Of a stretch of 64,000 nt of DNA, positions 35,682-46,175 are shown piece by piece (the first letter of the stretch is position 1; every line of letters begins with the position of its first letter). Position numbers and translations under genes: made by a program. The DNA is taken from positions 2,328 through 66,327 of the forward strand of contig JAZQLY010000021.1 of the NCBI GenBank assembly GCA_045543015.1, in the 5' to 3' direction. The DNA is from Eubacteriales bacterium. Its GTDB lineage: Bacteria; Bacillota; Clostridia; Oscillospirales; CAG-272. The notes beneath the pieces were generated by a model. It searched no databases and had not been told where the DNA came from. It saw only the letters and a list, made by a program, of their open reading frames with translations.

Positions 35682-36167
35682 TCATACCCTTTGATATGCC
35701 AGTCGCTCATCCCCGTTTGCCAGGTAGATGATGCCGCAATAGGAAAAGCCGTTTTTCTCTAACGCGCGCTGCATAACGCGGTTGTCACGGTGGGTGTCGA
35801 TGCGCAGATTTTTGCAAATTTCATAACAAAAATCAAAGCAGAGGCCTGCAATGCCGGCGCCGTGCCGTGCAACGGCAATGCGGTGGATCACGCCGTACGG
35901 CCCCTCCTTTTTCCAGCTGCCGCCGTCAATGCGGCAGTAGGTCGGCTCCTCGCCCACAAAGAAGGCAAAGGCGCCAACGATCTCGTCACCGTCACAAACG
36001 GCGTAGCCGATGCCGCGCTTGACGTCATTTGCAATGTCCGTCTCGCCGGGGTAGACGCCGTTCCATTGGGTGGGGTTGCCCGTCTGCCGCATAAAGGCGC
36101 GGGCGGACACATAGATTTCGTTGATGGCGGGGATGTCCTTTTCTGTCGTTTTGCGTATGGTGAGCAT
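35682..36167 (-). CDS. GNAT family N-acetyltransferase
   Basis: 161 aa. HRIAVARHGAGIAGL is motif A-like. ATG 36167 follows AAGAGG. The ORF-track 5' extension is implausible. Confidence 0.75.
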   Translation of the reverse strand: MLTIRKTTEKDIPAINEIYVSARAFMRQTGNPTQWNGVYPGETDIANDVKRGIGYAVCDGDEIVGAFAFFVGEEPTYCRIDGGSWKKEGPYGVIHRIAVARHGAGIAGLCFDFCYEICKNLRIDTHRDNRVMQRALEKNGFSYCGIIYLANGDERLAYQRV

Positions 36168-36201
36168 AAAAAACCTCTTTTTTTCTGAAAATAGCGGGAT
36201 A

Positions 36202-36230
36202 TATCTACGGTTGCAACCGTTGGTTGACAA
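36202..36230 (-). promoter_or_regulatory. candidate promoter of the GNAT gene with a 14-bp perfect palindrome in its spacer
   Basis: The minus strand reads TTGTCA, 17 nt, then TAGATA. The palindrome ACGGTTGCAACCGT lies at 36207-36220. Confidence 0.4.
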
Positions 36231-36333
36231 ATTTCCAAGCCGGATTGGTGGCCTGCAACCGCTTGATTTGTTATGATAAGCACACAGGCAATGCAAGCGG
36301 GTATTGCCGCGACAATGAAAGGAGTTACATAGA

Positions 36334-37305
36334 ATGATCATTGCAGACAAAATTATTATGCTTCGTAAAAAGAACGGTTGGTCGCAGGAGGAGCTGGCAG
36401 AGCAGCTGGACGTTTCCCGCCAGTCGGTCTCCAAATGGGAGAGCGGGCTTTCCGTGCCGGATCTGAACAAGGTGGTTGCCATGAGCGCGTTGTTCGGCGT
36501 GAGCACCGATTTCTTGTTAAAGGATGATTTGGAGGAGATCAGCACCTCCGAGACGCAGGAGCAGGATGATGCAGTCGGCCGCACGATCTCGGCCGAGGAG
36601 GCGAACCGCTACCTGGACACCAACGCGGTGCATGCCCGCCGCATTGCCTTGGGCGTAGCACTTTGCATCCTTTCGCCGGTGCTGCTCATTTTGCTTGGCG
36701 GCATGGCGGCCGTATGGGGCATCACGGAAACGGTTGCCGCGGCCGTTGGCGTGGGCGTTCTGCTTCTGCTGGTGGCGTGCGGTGTGGCCCTGTTCGTGCT
36801 TTCCGGCATCTGCCTGAGCGAGTTCTCGTACCTGGAAAAGGAGACGTTTTTGCTTGCCTACGGTGTCAGCGGTATCGTGGAAAAACGGCGTGATGAAAAC
36901 AGCACGAGATATCGCGTATGCCTGACGGTCGGTGTGGTGCTTTGTATCCTCAGCGTGATCCCGCTTGTGGTGTGCGGCGCACTGGGGGCAGGGGATCCGT
37001 TTCTTTTCGGCTGCACCGCACTGCTGCTCTCCGTGTGTGCGTGCGGCGTAGCCCTGCTGGTGTGGGGCGGGTGCCTGTACGGCGGCTTTCAAAAGCTGCT
37101 GCAGACGGGCGATCATACTGAGGCAAAGAAGAGAAGGCAGCGCGAGAACGAGGCGATCTCTACCGGCTACTGGTGTCTGATGACCGCAGTTTATCTGGGT
37201 GCCAGCTTTTTCACGGGCGCATGGCATATCACCTGGGTCATCTGGCCTGTGGCCGGGTGCGTGTGGGCAGCCATTGAGGCGTTGCTCGGCAAGGATAAAG
37301 AATGA
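36334..37305 (+). CDS. XRE-family HTH regulator fused to a multi-TM C-terminal domain
   Basis: LRKKNGWSQEELAEQLDVSRQSVSKWESG is the HTH_3 motif. It is followed by about 6 hydrophobic helices. Confidence 0.8.
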   Translation: MIIADKIIMLRKKNGWSQEELAEQLDVSRQSVSKWESGLSVPDLNKVVAMSALFGVSTDFLLKDDLEEISTSETQEQDDAVGRTISAEEANRYLDTNAVHARRIALGVALCILSPVLLILLGGMAAVWGITETVAAAVGVGVLLLLVACGVALFVLSGICLSEFSYLEKETFLLAYGVSGIVEKRRDENSTRYRVCLTVGVVLCILSVIPLVVCGALGAGDPFLFGCTALLLSVCACGVALLVWGGCLYGGFQKLLQTGDHTEAKKRRQRENEAISTGYWCLMTAVYLGASFFTGAWHITWVIWPVAGCVWAAIEALLGKDKE

Positions 37306-37449
37306 TCGCATACAGCAAGTGCGTGAGTCGGGAAACCGGCTCACGCACTTATTATATCACAGGTGCTGGCAGATTACAAGAAAGATAGGCAGTGCTCCCC
37401 AAATTTTTCCTTGCAAGCGGTATAATTGCCAGAAACATGAGAAAAAATA

Positions 37450-37478
37450 TTGACGAATGCCTTTTGCTGTGCTATAAT
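37450..37478 (+). promoter_or_regulatory. sigma-A promoter of the polysaccharide cluster
   Basis: TTGACG, 17 nt, then TGcTATAAT, 80 nt upstream of the first gene. Confidence 0.55.
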
Positions 37479-37557
37479 AATACTGTATGCAATTATATAT
37501 TAGTAGTTTTTTATCTGCAGAACATATGTATTTTATCATTTTGAAAGGAAATTTGCT

Positions 37558-38781
37558 ATGAAGCCCTTTGAAAAACGCGTATATCTTTCCAGCCCCACCA
37601 TGCACGGTGAAGAATTGACTTATATGACCGAGGCGTTTGAGACCAACTGGATGTCTACCGTTGGTAAAAACATCAACGAGGTAGAGCGGCTGACCTGTGA
37701 AAAGGTCGGGTGCCGTTATTCGGTCGCGCTTTCTTGCGGCACGGCGGCCCTGCACATGGCCGTTAAGTTGGCAGGCGTTAAGCCGGGGGACAAGGTCTTT
37801 TGCACCGATATGACCTTTGATGCATCGGTCAACCCCATCGTTTACGAGGGGGGCGTTCCGATCTTTATTGATACCGAGTACGATACGTGGAATATGGATC
37901 CGCGTGCGCTGGAAAAGGCGTTTGAGCTGTACCCGGATGTCAAGGTGGTCGTGCTTGCCAACCTGTACGGCACGCCCGCCAAGATGGACGAGATCGTTGC
38001 CATCTGCAAGGCGCACGGCGCCGTTATCATTGAGGACGCGGCAGAATCGCTTGGCGCGACCTATAAGGGCAAGCAGACGGGTACGTTTGGTACCTATAAT
38101 GCGATCTCGTTCAACGGCAATAAGATCATTACCGGCTCCTCGGGCGGCATGCTGCTGACCGAGGATGAGGAGGCGGCCAACAAGGTGCGCAAATGGTCTA
38201 CCCAGAGCCGTGAGAACGCCCCCTGGTACCAGCATGAGGAGCTGGGGTACAATTACCGCATGAGCAACGTGATCGCCGGTGTCGTGCGCGGTCAGTACCC
38301 GCATCTGGACGAGCATATTGCACAGAAAAAGGCGATCTATATGCGCTACCGTGAGGGGCTGCGCGATCTGCCTGTGACCATGAATCCGTATGACGAGAGC
38401 ATCATGGAGCCGAACTTCTGGCTCTCCTGCCTGCTGATCAAGCCGGAGGGTATGTGCCGCCAGGTCAGAAGTGACAGCGAGGCGCTTTATATCACCGAGC
38501 CGGGCAAGAGCTGCCCCACGCAGATCCTTGAAACGCTGGCTGCCTACAATGCCGAGGGGCGCCCGATCTGGAAGCCCATGCACATGCAGCCCATGTACCG
38601 CATGAATCCGTTTGTAACGGTTGACGGCAATGGCCGCGCCCGCACCAATGCCTATATTGCTGGTGGCTGCGTGGACGTTGGTGCCGATATCTTTGCCCGC
38701 GGCCTGTGCCTGCCGAGCGATAACAAAATGACAGAGGAAGAGCAAAACAAGATTATTGAATTGATCAAGAATTGTTTTTGA
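37558..38781 (+). CDS. DegT/DnrJ/EryC1/StrS family PLP-dependent sugar aminotransferase
   Basis: The SFNGNKIITGSSGG lysine motif, family-typical length and N-terminal SSPTMHG. Confidence 0.85.
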   Translation: MKPFEKRVYLSSPTMHGEELTYMTEAFETNWMSTVGKNINEVERLTCEKVGCRYSVALSCGTAALHMAVKLAGVKPGDKVFCTDMTFDASVNPIVYEGGVPIFIDTEYDTWNMDPRALEKAFELYPDVKVVVLANLYGTPAKMDEIVAICKAHGAVIIEDAAESLGATYKGKQTGTFGTYNAISFNGNKIITGSSGGMLLTEDEEAANKVRKWSTQSRENAPWYQHEELGYNYRMSNVIAGVVRGQYPHLDEHIAQKKAIYMRYREGLRDLPVTMNPYDESIMEPNFWLSCLLIKPEGMCRQVRSDSEALYITEPGKSCPTQILETLAAYNAEGRPIWKPMHMQPMYRMNPFVTVDGNGRARTNAYIAGGCVDVGADIFARGLCLPSDNKMTEEEQNKIIELIKNCF

Positions 38782-38789
38782 GAGTACCG

Positions 38790-39497
38790 ATGTACCAATA
38801 TTTTTTCAAAAGAGTGATGGATATCACCCTCTCCTTGCTTGCGATTTTGCTGCTTTCCCCTGTTCTGCTGCTTTTGCTGCTGGTGGGGGCGATTGCTATG
38901 AGGGGGAACCCCTTTTTCGTACAACTGCGCCCTGGTAAGATCAGCAAAAAAACAGGCAAAGAGACCATTTTCCCTATGATCAAGCTGCGCACCATGTCCA
39001 ACAAGCGTGGTGCAAACGGCGATCTGCTGCCGGATGAGGAGCGCCTGACCGCTTACGGCCGGTTCTTACGCCGCTTCTCGCTGGACGAGCTGTTTGAGCT
39101 GGTCAATATCCTGAAGGGGGATATGTCCCTGGTCGGCCCGCGACCGCAGCTTGTGCGCGATATGGTCTTTATGACGGACGAGCAGCGCAAGCGGCATACC
39201 GTTTTGCCGGGGCTGACGGGCCTTGCCCAGTGCAATGGGCGAAACAGCATCACATGGGAAAAGAAATTTGCATATGACCTTGCCTATATCGAGAGCGGTA
39301 TTACCCTTTGGGGGGACGTCAAGATCCTTTTTAAAACGGCTGGCAAAATGCTGCGCTTGGACGACGTCAACGCGGAGGGAATGGCCACCTCGGAGGATCT
39401 TGGTGATTACCTTCTCCGCAAAGGCGTGATCACACAAGAGGAATACGATGAAAAGCAGGCAGAGGCAAACGAGCTGCTGGCTGCACGAAAAGCGTAA
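38790..39497 (+). CDS. small monotopic phosphoglycosyl transferase (bacterial sugar transferase, PglC/WbaP C-terminal type), initiating enzyme
   Basis: KRVMDITLSLLAILLLSPVLL re-entrant helix, plus the GDMSLVGPRP and PGLTGLAQ motifs. Confidence 0.85.
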   Translation: MYQYFFKRVMDITLSLLAILLLSPVLLLLLLVGAIAMRGNPFFVQLRPGKISKKTGKETIFPMIKLRTMSNKRGANGDLLPDEERLTAYGRFLRRFSLDELFELVNILKGDMSLVGPRPQLVRDMVFMTDEQRKRHTVLPGLTGLAQCNGRNSITWEKKFAYDLAYIESGITLWGDVKILFKTAGKMLRLDDVNAEGMATSEDLGDYLLRKGVITQEEYDEKQAEANELLAARKA

Positions 39498-39514
39498 ACG
39501 GATAAAGGTACTAT

Positions 39515-40561
39515 ATGGCTTTGAAACGAGTGTGTATATGCGGCCATTTCGGCTTTGGCGAGGACCTGCTGAACGGGCAGACCGTTAAGACCAAGACCGT
39601 GACGTGCGCCGTAGAGAAGGCGCTCGGCCGGGAGGAGGTCCTGCGCTTAGATACCGCAGGTGGCGTGCGGCGCAACTGGTTGCTGCCCTTTCGCCTCTTT
39701 TCTGCCCTGCGCCGCTGCCGCAATATCGTTGCGCTGCCGGCAGAAAACGGGCTGCGCGTGCTGATGCCGCTGCTGTTCTTCTACAATCGTTTTTTTCACC
39801 GCGCGCTTCACTACGTGGTGATCGGCGGCTGGCTTGCCGAATTTCTTGCAAAAAAGAGGCGGCTGCTCCGTCTGCTGAAGGGCTGTGCCGGTATTTACGT
39901 GGAGACGCAGGAGATGAAGCGGGTGCTGGAGGACATGGGACTTGCCAACGTGCTTCTGCTGCCGAACTGTAAAGAATTAAAGCTGCCGGCTGAAAGCGAG
40001 CTTTGCTATGAAACAGAAGAGCCGCACCGGCTTTGCACCTTTACCCGCATCATGGAGGAAAAAGGGATCGGCGATGCCGTGCTTGCCGTAAAAATGGCCA
40101 ACGAGCAGCTGGGCAGAACGGCCTACACGCTGGATATCTACGGGCAGATCGACCCCGCGCAAAAGCAGTGGTTTGCCGATCTGCAAAGGGACTTTTCGCC
40201 CTGCGTTACCTACGGCGGTGAGATCCCGTATTGTGAAAGCACGGAGCGGTTAAAGGATTATTTTGCGCTTTTATTTCTTACGTATTACGAGGGCGAGGGC
40301 TTTGCCGGCACGCTGATCGATGCGTTTTCTGCGGCCGTTCCCCCGCTTGTGAGCGATTGGAAGTATAACTGCGAGATCGTGCGGGACGGCATAGACGGTG
40401 CCGTTGTGCCGCCGCATGACGCGGCAGCAGCCTGTGCCCGCCTGGTTGCCATTGCAGAGCGACCCGAGGAATGGGTCGGCATGAAAAAAGAATGCCTTGC
40501 GCGTGCTGCGCTGTATACGCCGGAAAAGGCAACGGCCGTGCTGATAGAAAATCTTCGTTGA
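39515..40561 (+). CDS. glycosyltransferase, GT-B fold (GT4-like)
   Basis: YYEGEGFAGTLIDAFSAAVPPLVSD is an EX7E-like region. Confidence 0.7.
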   Translation: MALKRVCICGHFGFGEDLLNGQTVKTKTVTCAVEKALGREEVLRLDTAGGVRRNWLLPFRLFSALRRCRNIVALPAENGLRVLMPLLFFYNRFFHRALHYVVIGGWLAEFLAKKRRLLRLLKGCAGIYVETQEMKRVLEDMGLANVLLLPNCKELKLPAESELCYETEEPHRLCTFTRIMEEKGIGDAVLAVKMANEQLGRTAYTLDIYGQIDPAQKQWFADLQRDFSPCVTYGGEIPYCESTERLKDYFALLFLTYYEGEGFAGTLIDAFSAAVPPLVSDWKYNCEIVRDGIDGAVVPPHDAAAACARLVAIAERPEEWVGMKKECLARAALYTPEKATAVLIENLR

Positions 40562-40592
40562 TCGGTGCCCGCATAAGGGGCAGAGGAGGGGT

Positions 40593-41657
40593 ATGAGGAT
40601 CATACAGATCGTCCCGCGCTTTGAGCTTGGCGGGGCCGAGATCATGTGCGAGAATTTGACCTATGCTCTGCAACGGGCAGGGCATTGTGTGACGGTAGTC
40701 AGCCTGTACGATTACCGCTCTGCCATTACCGGGCGGCTGGAGGCCGCGGGGGTGGATATCCGCTACCTTGGCAAGCGGCGCGGGCCGGATATTGCTCTGC
40801 TGCTCCGCTTGCGCAAGCTGCTGCGTGCGCTGCGGCCGGATGCGGTGCATTCCCATCTCTACGCCTCAGAATACGCGGTGCCCGCCGCGATGATGGCGGG
40901 GATTTCTTGCCGCGTTCATACGCTGCATAACGTGGCAGAAAAAGAAAATACACGGGCAGGGCGACTTCTCAACCGTCTGTTCTTTCGCCGCTTTCATACC
41001 GTGCCGGTTGCCTTGAGCCGCCTTGTGCGCGAGACGGTAGAGGCGGAATACGGTCTGCCCGCTGCAAGGATCCCCGTGATCACAAACGGCATCGACCTGA
41101 CCAAATGCTTGCCAAAGCGGGATTATGCAACAAATATCCCCTTTACGGTTTTGCACATTGGCCGCTTCGTGCCGGAGAAAAATCATATGCTGCTTTTGCG
41201 CGCCTTTGGCCGCTTCCACGCGCGCTATGCGCAAAGCGAGCTGCACCTGGTAGGGGACGGCGAGACCCGCACGGAGGTCGAGGCATACGTCAGGGAAAAC
41301 GGCCTTTCCTCCTGCGTTCGTTTTTTCGGCTTGCAGGAGAACGTGTACCCCTTTTTGCAAAAGGCGGACGTGTTCGTTCTGCCCTCCCTTTATGAGGGGA
41401 TACCCATTACGCTGATAGAGGCCATGGGAACCGGTCTTCCCATCGTGGCAAGCGCGGTTGGCGGTGTGCCGGATATGCTGGATGAGGGCTGTGCCCAGCT
41501 GATCCCGCCCGAGGAGGAGGCGCTGTTTACCGCTTTGTGCCGCTATTATGAGGAGGAAGGCTTGCGCCGCACAAACGGCACCTCCGCCAAGGCAAGAGCC
41601 GCTTGCTTCTCGGCAGAGGCGATGGCGGCCGGCTATCTTGAGGTTTATCGTGCATGA
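40593..41657 (+). CDS. glycosyltransferase family 4
   Basis: GGAEIMCENL N-terminus and PSLYEGIPITLIEAMGTGLPIVAS motif. Confidence 0.8.
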   Translation: MRIIQIVPRFELGGAEIMCENLTYALQRAGHCVTVVSLYDYRSAITGRLEAAGVDIRYLGKRRGPDIALLLRLRKLLRALRPDAVHSHLYASEYAVPAAMMAGISCRVHTLHNVAEKENTRAGRLLNRLFFRRFHTVPVALSRLVRETVEAEYGLPAARIPVITNGIDLTKCLPKRDYATNIPFTVLHIGRFVPEKNHMLLLRAFGRFHARYAQSELHLVGDGETRTEVEAYVRENGLSSCVRFFGLQENVYPFLQKADVFVLPSLYEGIPITLIEAMGTGLPIVASAVGGVPDMLDEGCAQLIPPEEEALFTALCRYYEEEGLRRTNGTSAKARAACFSAEAMAAGYLEVYRA

Positions 41658-42379
41658 ATAAAACGATCCACTATATTTGGCTTGGCGGCAAGCGCAAGCC
41701 GCGCCTTGTCCGCCGGTGCATTGCCGGCTGGCGCAAGCAAATGCCGGACTGGCAGATCAAGGAATGGAACGAAAGTAATCTGCCTATCGATATTTGCCCC
41801 TACTGCCGTGAGGCGTACGATGCGGGCAAATACGCCTTTGCAGCAGACGTGCTGCGCTTTGACGTTTTGTACCGGGAGGGCGGCCTGTATTTTGATACCG
41901 ACGTGAAGCTGCTGCGCCCCTTGGACGCATTGACAGAGCAGTATGCCTGCTTTGTCGGATATGAATACGATATGGTCAATCCCGGCCTCGTTCTGTACGC
42001 GCGGGAGCCGCATGATGCGATCATTGCCAAAATGCTGGCGGGCTACCGCACGCAGCATTTTATGGTAGACGGTGTGGCCAATACGAAGGTCGTCGGTGCC
42101 TATTTCAGCGAGGTGCTGGAGGAATACGGCTTCGTGTATGAGGACAAGCAGCAGACCTGCGGCAGCTTTACCGTGCTGCCCGCCACCTATTTCTGCCCGA
42201 CCGACGGGTACGGGAACCCGATCAATTATTCTGACAATACGCACTCGGTACACCTCTTTGCCGCCACCTGGATGTCCCCGGCCACCCGGGCCAAGCGGGC
42301 ATTCAAGCGGCTGGTCTATCGCGTGCTTGGCAAAAACCGTGTACAACGCATCCTGCATCTTTTCAAAAAAGAAGCATAA
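41654..42379 (+). CDS. glycosyltransferase with DXD motif (GT32 / capsular sugar transferase-like)
   Basis: IHYIWLGG and the AADVLRFDVLYREGGLYFDTDV signature. Confidence 0.7.
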   Translation: MNKTIHYIWLGGKRKPRLVRRCIAGWRKQMPDWQIKEWNESNLPIDICPYCREAYDAGKYAFAADVLRFDVLYREGGLYFDTDVKLLRPLDALTEQYACFVGYEYDMVNPGLVLYAREPHDAIIAKMLAGYRTQHFMVDGVANTKVVGAYFSEVLEEYGFVYEDKQQTCGSFTVLPATYFCPTDGYGNPINYSDNTHSVHLFAATWMSPATRAKRAFKRLVYRVLGKNRVQRILHLFKKEA

Positions 42380-42388
42380 GAGGGTTTT

Positions 42389-43732
42389 ATGGATCGATCA
42401 GTAACATACACAGTCAGGGAGTCACTTGGTAACGAAAGGGTTGACGGTACCTTGTGGCTTTATATTGCCTGCCTGCTGTCCGGCATCCTATATTCGGTTA
42501 CGCATTTTGCCGTTCTGGGTATTGTGACAACGTTGGCGATCTGTACCTTCTTGCTCGTTTCCTCGTGGGAGGAAAGCTATATCTTCCTGTTCGGCATGCA
42601 GTTCATGCGTGCCGTTATTCCCGTGCAGCTTGGTTCGTCCGTCTTTGGCTTTATCCTGTTTGCCTATGCCATCCTGCTGCTGAAGATGTTCTATTACCGC
42701 GAGAAGCTGTATGGCGAATATCTGGCTGTCGGTATTCTGTTTATTGCCGATCTGGTTGGCTGCGCATACACCAATATCCTGCATATCGGTGATACGGTCA
42801 ACTGGGTGCTTTCTCTGATCTATATGATCCTGGTGCTGAAGGGCAGATTGAAGAGCATCGATTTTGAACGGCTGTTCATTTTCTTCCTGCTGGCGGAATG
42901 GGCCGTCTGCCTTGTCAACGTGTTTGCCGAGCTTTCGCTGTTCGGGCAAACGTTAGTCCCGGAGATGTATGGTGTTTGGGTAGACGGGTTTGACCTGTAT
43001 GCGTTTGGTAAAGCCTATCTCACCATCGCAGGTGGAAACGAGATCGCATTCAGCAACGCCTTGGGCATTGCGCTGTGCATCATGATGTGGCGGTATGCCA
43101 AAAAAACGAGAACCAAGGTGTTCTATTTCTTCAGCATCCTGTTCTTTGCCTATACCGGCATCATGCTGATCGCGCGTGCGTTCTACGTAGAGCTGCTTCT
43201 TTTCCTTGTGCTGTATATTCTTTGCAGCATCAAGGATCCGCACCGCTTTGCGGTAACGCTGTGTATTCTTTGCCTTTCCGGCATCGTCTTCTATTTTGTG
43301 GCGTATGATGCCGTGCTTGTAACGCTGGAGCGCGTTCTGCTGCGATTTGAGGCTGGCAACGTCACGCGGGAGAATCTGCTTGCCCAGTCCTTCCAGCTGC
43401 TTTTCTCAGACGTTGGCATATTCCTGCACGGCGGCGGCACGTATTATCCGGAAAAATTTGGCTTTACCGTCCACAACCATTACGTCGATGTCTTTTTGTC
43501 GCTCGGCCTGCTTGCCGGGGCTCTGTATCTGGCCGTCATCATCAAAACGATGTACGGCGCGCTGCGCCGCAACCGCGTGCGCTCGCTCAAGGCTTGTCTG
43601 CCCCTGATCATGCTGGTCACTTACAAGTTTATCAGCGGCTCTGTGCGTGACGTTGGTTTCTATTTCTATTTGTCCATGGTCGTTGTCTTTGCGGTCTACA
43701 TGACGGGGAGAGAAGAGCATGGGCGTGCATAG
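42389..43732 (+). CDS. Wzy-type O-antigen/EPS polymerase-like membrane protein
   Basis: About 11 TM helices, lower GC than neighbours, in the position between GT genes. Confidence 0.6.
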   Translation: MDRSVTYTVRESLGNERVDGTLWLYIACLLSGILYSVTHFAVLGIVTTLAICTFLLVSSWEESYIFLFGMQFMRAVIPVQLGSSVFGFILFAYAILLLKMFYYREKLYGEYLAVGILFIADLVGCAYTNILHIGDTVNWVLSLIYMILVLKGRLKSIDFERLFIFFLLAEWAVCLVNVFAELSLFGQTLVPEMYGVWVDGFDLYAFGKAYLTIAGGNEIAFSNALGIALCIMMWRYAKKTRTKVFYFFSILFFAYTGIMLIARAFYVELLLFLVLYILCSIKDPHRFAVTLCILCLSGIVFYFVAYDAVLVTLERVLLRFEAGNVTRENLLAQSFQLLFSDVGIFLHGGGTYYPEKFGFTVHNHYVDVFLSLGLLAGALYLAVIIKTMYGALRRNRVRSLKACLPLIMLVTYKFISGSVRDVGFYFYLSMVVVFAVYMTGREEHGRA

Positions 43733-44606
43733 CATCACCGTTCTGACTCCGACCTACAACCGCGCTGCCATGCTGCGCGATCTGTATGCCTCTCTTGTGG
43801 CGCAGACCAGCCGTGATTTTTGCTGGCTGGTGGTGGATGATGGCTCCGTAGACGAAACGGAGGCGCTTGTCCGCTCCTTGCAGGCGGAGGGGCTGCTGGA
43901 TATCACCTATATCAGGCAGGAGAACCGCGGGAAATACGTGGCCCACAACACGGGCGTGTTGCACGCAAATACCGAGCTGATCGTTTGCGTGGATTCGGAT
44001 GACCTGCTGTACCCGCACGCCATAGAAGCAACGCTTTCCCTTTGGCAACAGGTGCGGGGGGATGGGCAGATCGCCGGCATCGTCTCTCCCAAGGAAATGG
44101 GGGAGACCTCTTATATGAAGGAGCCCCCGCGTGAAAGCAGCCTGATGGAGCTGTATAACCGCGGTCACCTGGTGGGGGAGACGATGCTCGTCTTTCGCCG
44201 CGAGGTGCTGGCGGAATATCTGTTCCCGGAGGTGGCGGGGGAGCGGTTCATGTCCGAGTGCGTGGTCTATCACCAGATCGACCGCCACTATCGCCTGGCC
44301 GTGCAGAACGAGTATCTTTACCGCGCTGCCTATCAAGAGGACGGGCTGACGAGGAACATCCGCTCCATTCAGTGGAGGAACCCGCGCTCCACCCTTATCA
44401 TGTACCGCGCCATTGCCGCGTGGCAGACAGATCTGCTTGCCGCCTGCAAGGCCTACGGTGCCTACCTCGCATGGAAAAGGGAGCGCGGGCTGCCCCCGTG
44501 CCGCCTGTTTCCCATCCGGCCGCATGTGGCCGTTGCCGGCCTTTTGCTTGTGCCGCATTATCGGCGCATCTTCCGCCGGGAGGAAAAACAGTACGGGCCA
44601 TCATAA
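43719..44606 (+). CDS. glycosyltransferase family 2
   Basis: ITVLTPTYNRA...LVVDDGSVDET...DSDD motifs. Confidence 0.85.
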   Translation: MGVHSITVLTPTYNRAAMLRDLYASLVAQTSRDFCWLVVDDGSVDETEALVRSLQAEGLLDITYIRQENRGKYVAHNTGVLHANTELIVCVDSDDLLYPHAIEATLSLWQQVRGDGQIAGIVSPKEMGETSYMKEPPRESSLMELYNRGHLVGETMLVFRREVLAEYLFPEVAGERFMSECVVYHQIDRHYRLAVQNEYLYRAAYQEDGLTRNIRSIQWRNPRSTLIMYRAIAAWQTDLLAACKAYGAYLAWKRERGLPPCRLFPIRPHVAVAGLLLVPHYRRIFRREEKQYGPS

Positions 44607-44630
44607 TTTTCACGGAGAAAGGAGTGCCTC

Positions 44631-46154
44631 ATGGAAATCGGGCAGGAAAAACAGATCAAGCTTGGCACGGCACTTTCTTATCTCCAGACCGTAGTCAGCG
44701 TACTGCTGTCGCTGATTTATACCCCCGTCATGCTCTCCCTGCTCGGGCAGAGCGAATACGGGCTGTATAATCTGGCGGCAACAACGATCTCTTATGTGTC
44801 CCTCTTGAACGCCGGTCTTTCCGGCAGCTACGTGCGCTTTTATTCACGCGCCAAGGCAAGCGGGGAGGATGGCGCCGTGGCAAAAACCAACGGCCTGTTT
44901 GCTATTCTTTTCTTTGTCATTGGCGTTTTGGCTTTGCTTGGCGGCGGTGCGCTGACCTTTTTTGCCGAGGGGATATTTGCAGACGGCCTCAGCGCGGCAG
45001 AATATGCCAAGGGCAAGGCCATTATGCTCATCCTGACCGTCAGTACGGCGTATGAATTGGCAACCAACATGTACCCGGCTGTGATCGTGGCGCACGAGCG
45101 GTTCGTTTTTCATAAGATCGTCAATCTGTTGAAAACCGTTCTCGGCCCGGCCCTGACCTGGGTGCTGCTGCTGTGCGGCTACCGCTCGGTCATGATGGCG
45201 GCCGTCTCTGCCGCGCTGGTGGTGGTGACCAATACCTGCTATTGGATCTATTGCTCCCGCAAGCTGCACGTCAAGATCTCCCTGCGCCATCCATCCCCCG
45301 CACAGATGCGGGAAATATCGGTGTTTGCCGGGTTTATCGTGCTGATCGCGTTGGTAGACCAGGTCAACTGGAGCGTAGACAAGCTGCTTCTTGGCCGCAT
45401 GTGGGGTACGGCGCAAACCGCCGTATACAGCATTGCCGCTACCATCCATCTGCTGTATATGCAGCTTTCCTGTGCGATCTCCAACGTCTTTATTCCGCGC
45501 GTGAATCGTATGGTGGCGGAGGGGGAGGGAGAGCAGGCGTTAAGCGATTGCTTTATCCGCATTGGCCGCATGCAGACCATGGTGCTTTTGCCGGTGCTGA
45601 TCGGCTTTGTTTTCTTTGGGCAGGCCTTTATCGCGCTCTGGACGCCCGGCGGCTATGAGGAGGCGTATTATGCCGCGCTGCTCCTGCTCCTTGCCTCGTT
45701 TGTACCGTATATTCAAAACATTGCGCTGTCTATCCAGGCAGCACAGAATAAGCATCGCTTCCGCTCCTGCCTGCTTTTCGTGGTGGCCGTTTGCAATTTC
45801 GTGCTCAGCCTGTTCCTTTGCCGCCGGTGGGGTGTTGTTGGCTGCGCCATCGGCACGGCGCTTTCGGTGTTCCTTGGTGACGGTGTGGTGATGAATATCT
45901 ATTACCGCAAGGCTGTTTCCCTGGATATTGCACGTTTTTGGCGGAGCATGGCAGGCTTTTTGCCTGCTGCCATTCTGCTTTCGGCCGGCGGTTATCTGCT
46001 CGCCTATTGGCTGCAGCCCGGCAGCTGGCCGGTGCTGATCCTGTGTGGCGTGCTGTTCTGCCTTTTGTATGCGGTCTTGCTGTATACAACGGCGCTATTG
46101 CCGGAGGAACGCGCAGCATTGCATGCCATGCTGCCGAAAAAGGCAAAAAAATAA
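44631..46154 (+). CDS. Wzx-type oligosaccharide flippase (MOP superfamily)
   Basis: About 14 TM helices with family-typical length and context. Confidence 0.75.
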   Translation: MEIGQEKQIKLGTALSYLQTVVSVLLSLIYTPVMLSLLGQSEYGLYNLAATTISYVSLLNAGLSGSYVRFYSRAKASGEDGAVAKTNGLFAILFFVIGVLALLGGGALTFFAEGIFADGLSAAEYAKGKAIMLILTVSTAYELATNMYPAVIVAHERFVFHKIVNLLKTVLGPALTWVLLLCGYRSVMMAAVSAALVVVTNTCYWIYCSRKLHVKISLRHPSPAQMREISVFAGFIVLIALVDQVNWSVDKLLLGRMWGTAQTAVYSIAATIHLLYMQLSCAISNVFIPRVNRMVAEGEGEQALSDCFIRIGRMQTMVLLPVLIGFVFFGQAFIALWTPGGYEEAYYAALLLLLASFVPYIQNIALSIQAAQNKHRFRSCLLFVVAVCNFVLSLFLCRRWGVVGCAIGTALSVFLGDGVVMNIYYRKAVSLDIARFWRSMAGFLPAAILLSAGGYLLAYWLQPGSWPVLILCGVLFCLLYAVLLYTTALLPEERAALHAMLPKKAKK

Positions 46155-46175
46155 GAAAAAAACAAGGGGATTACT

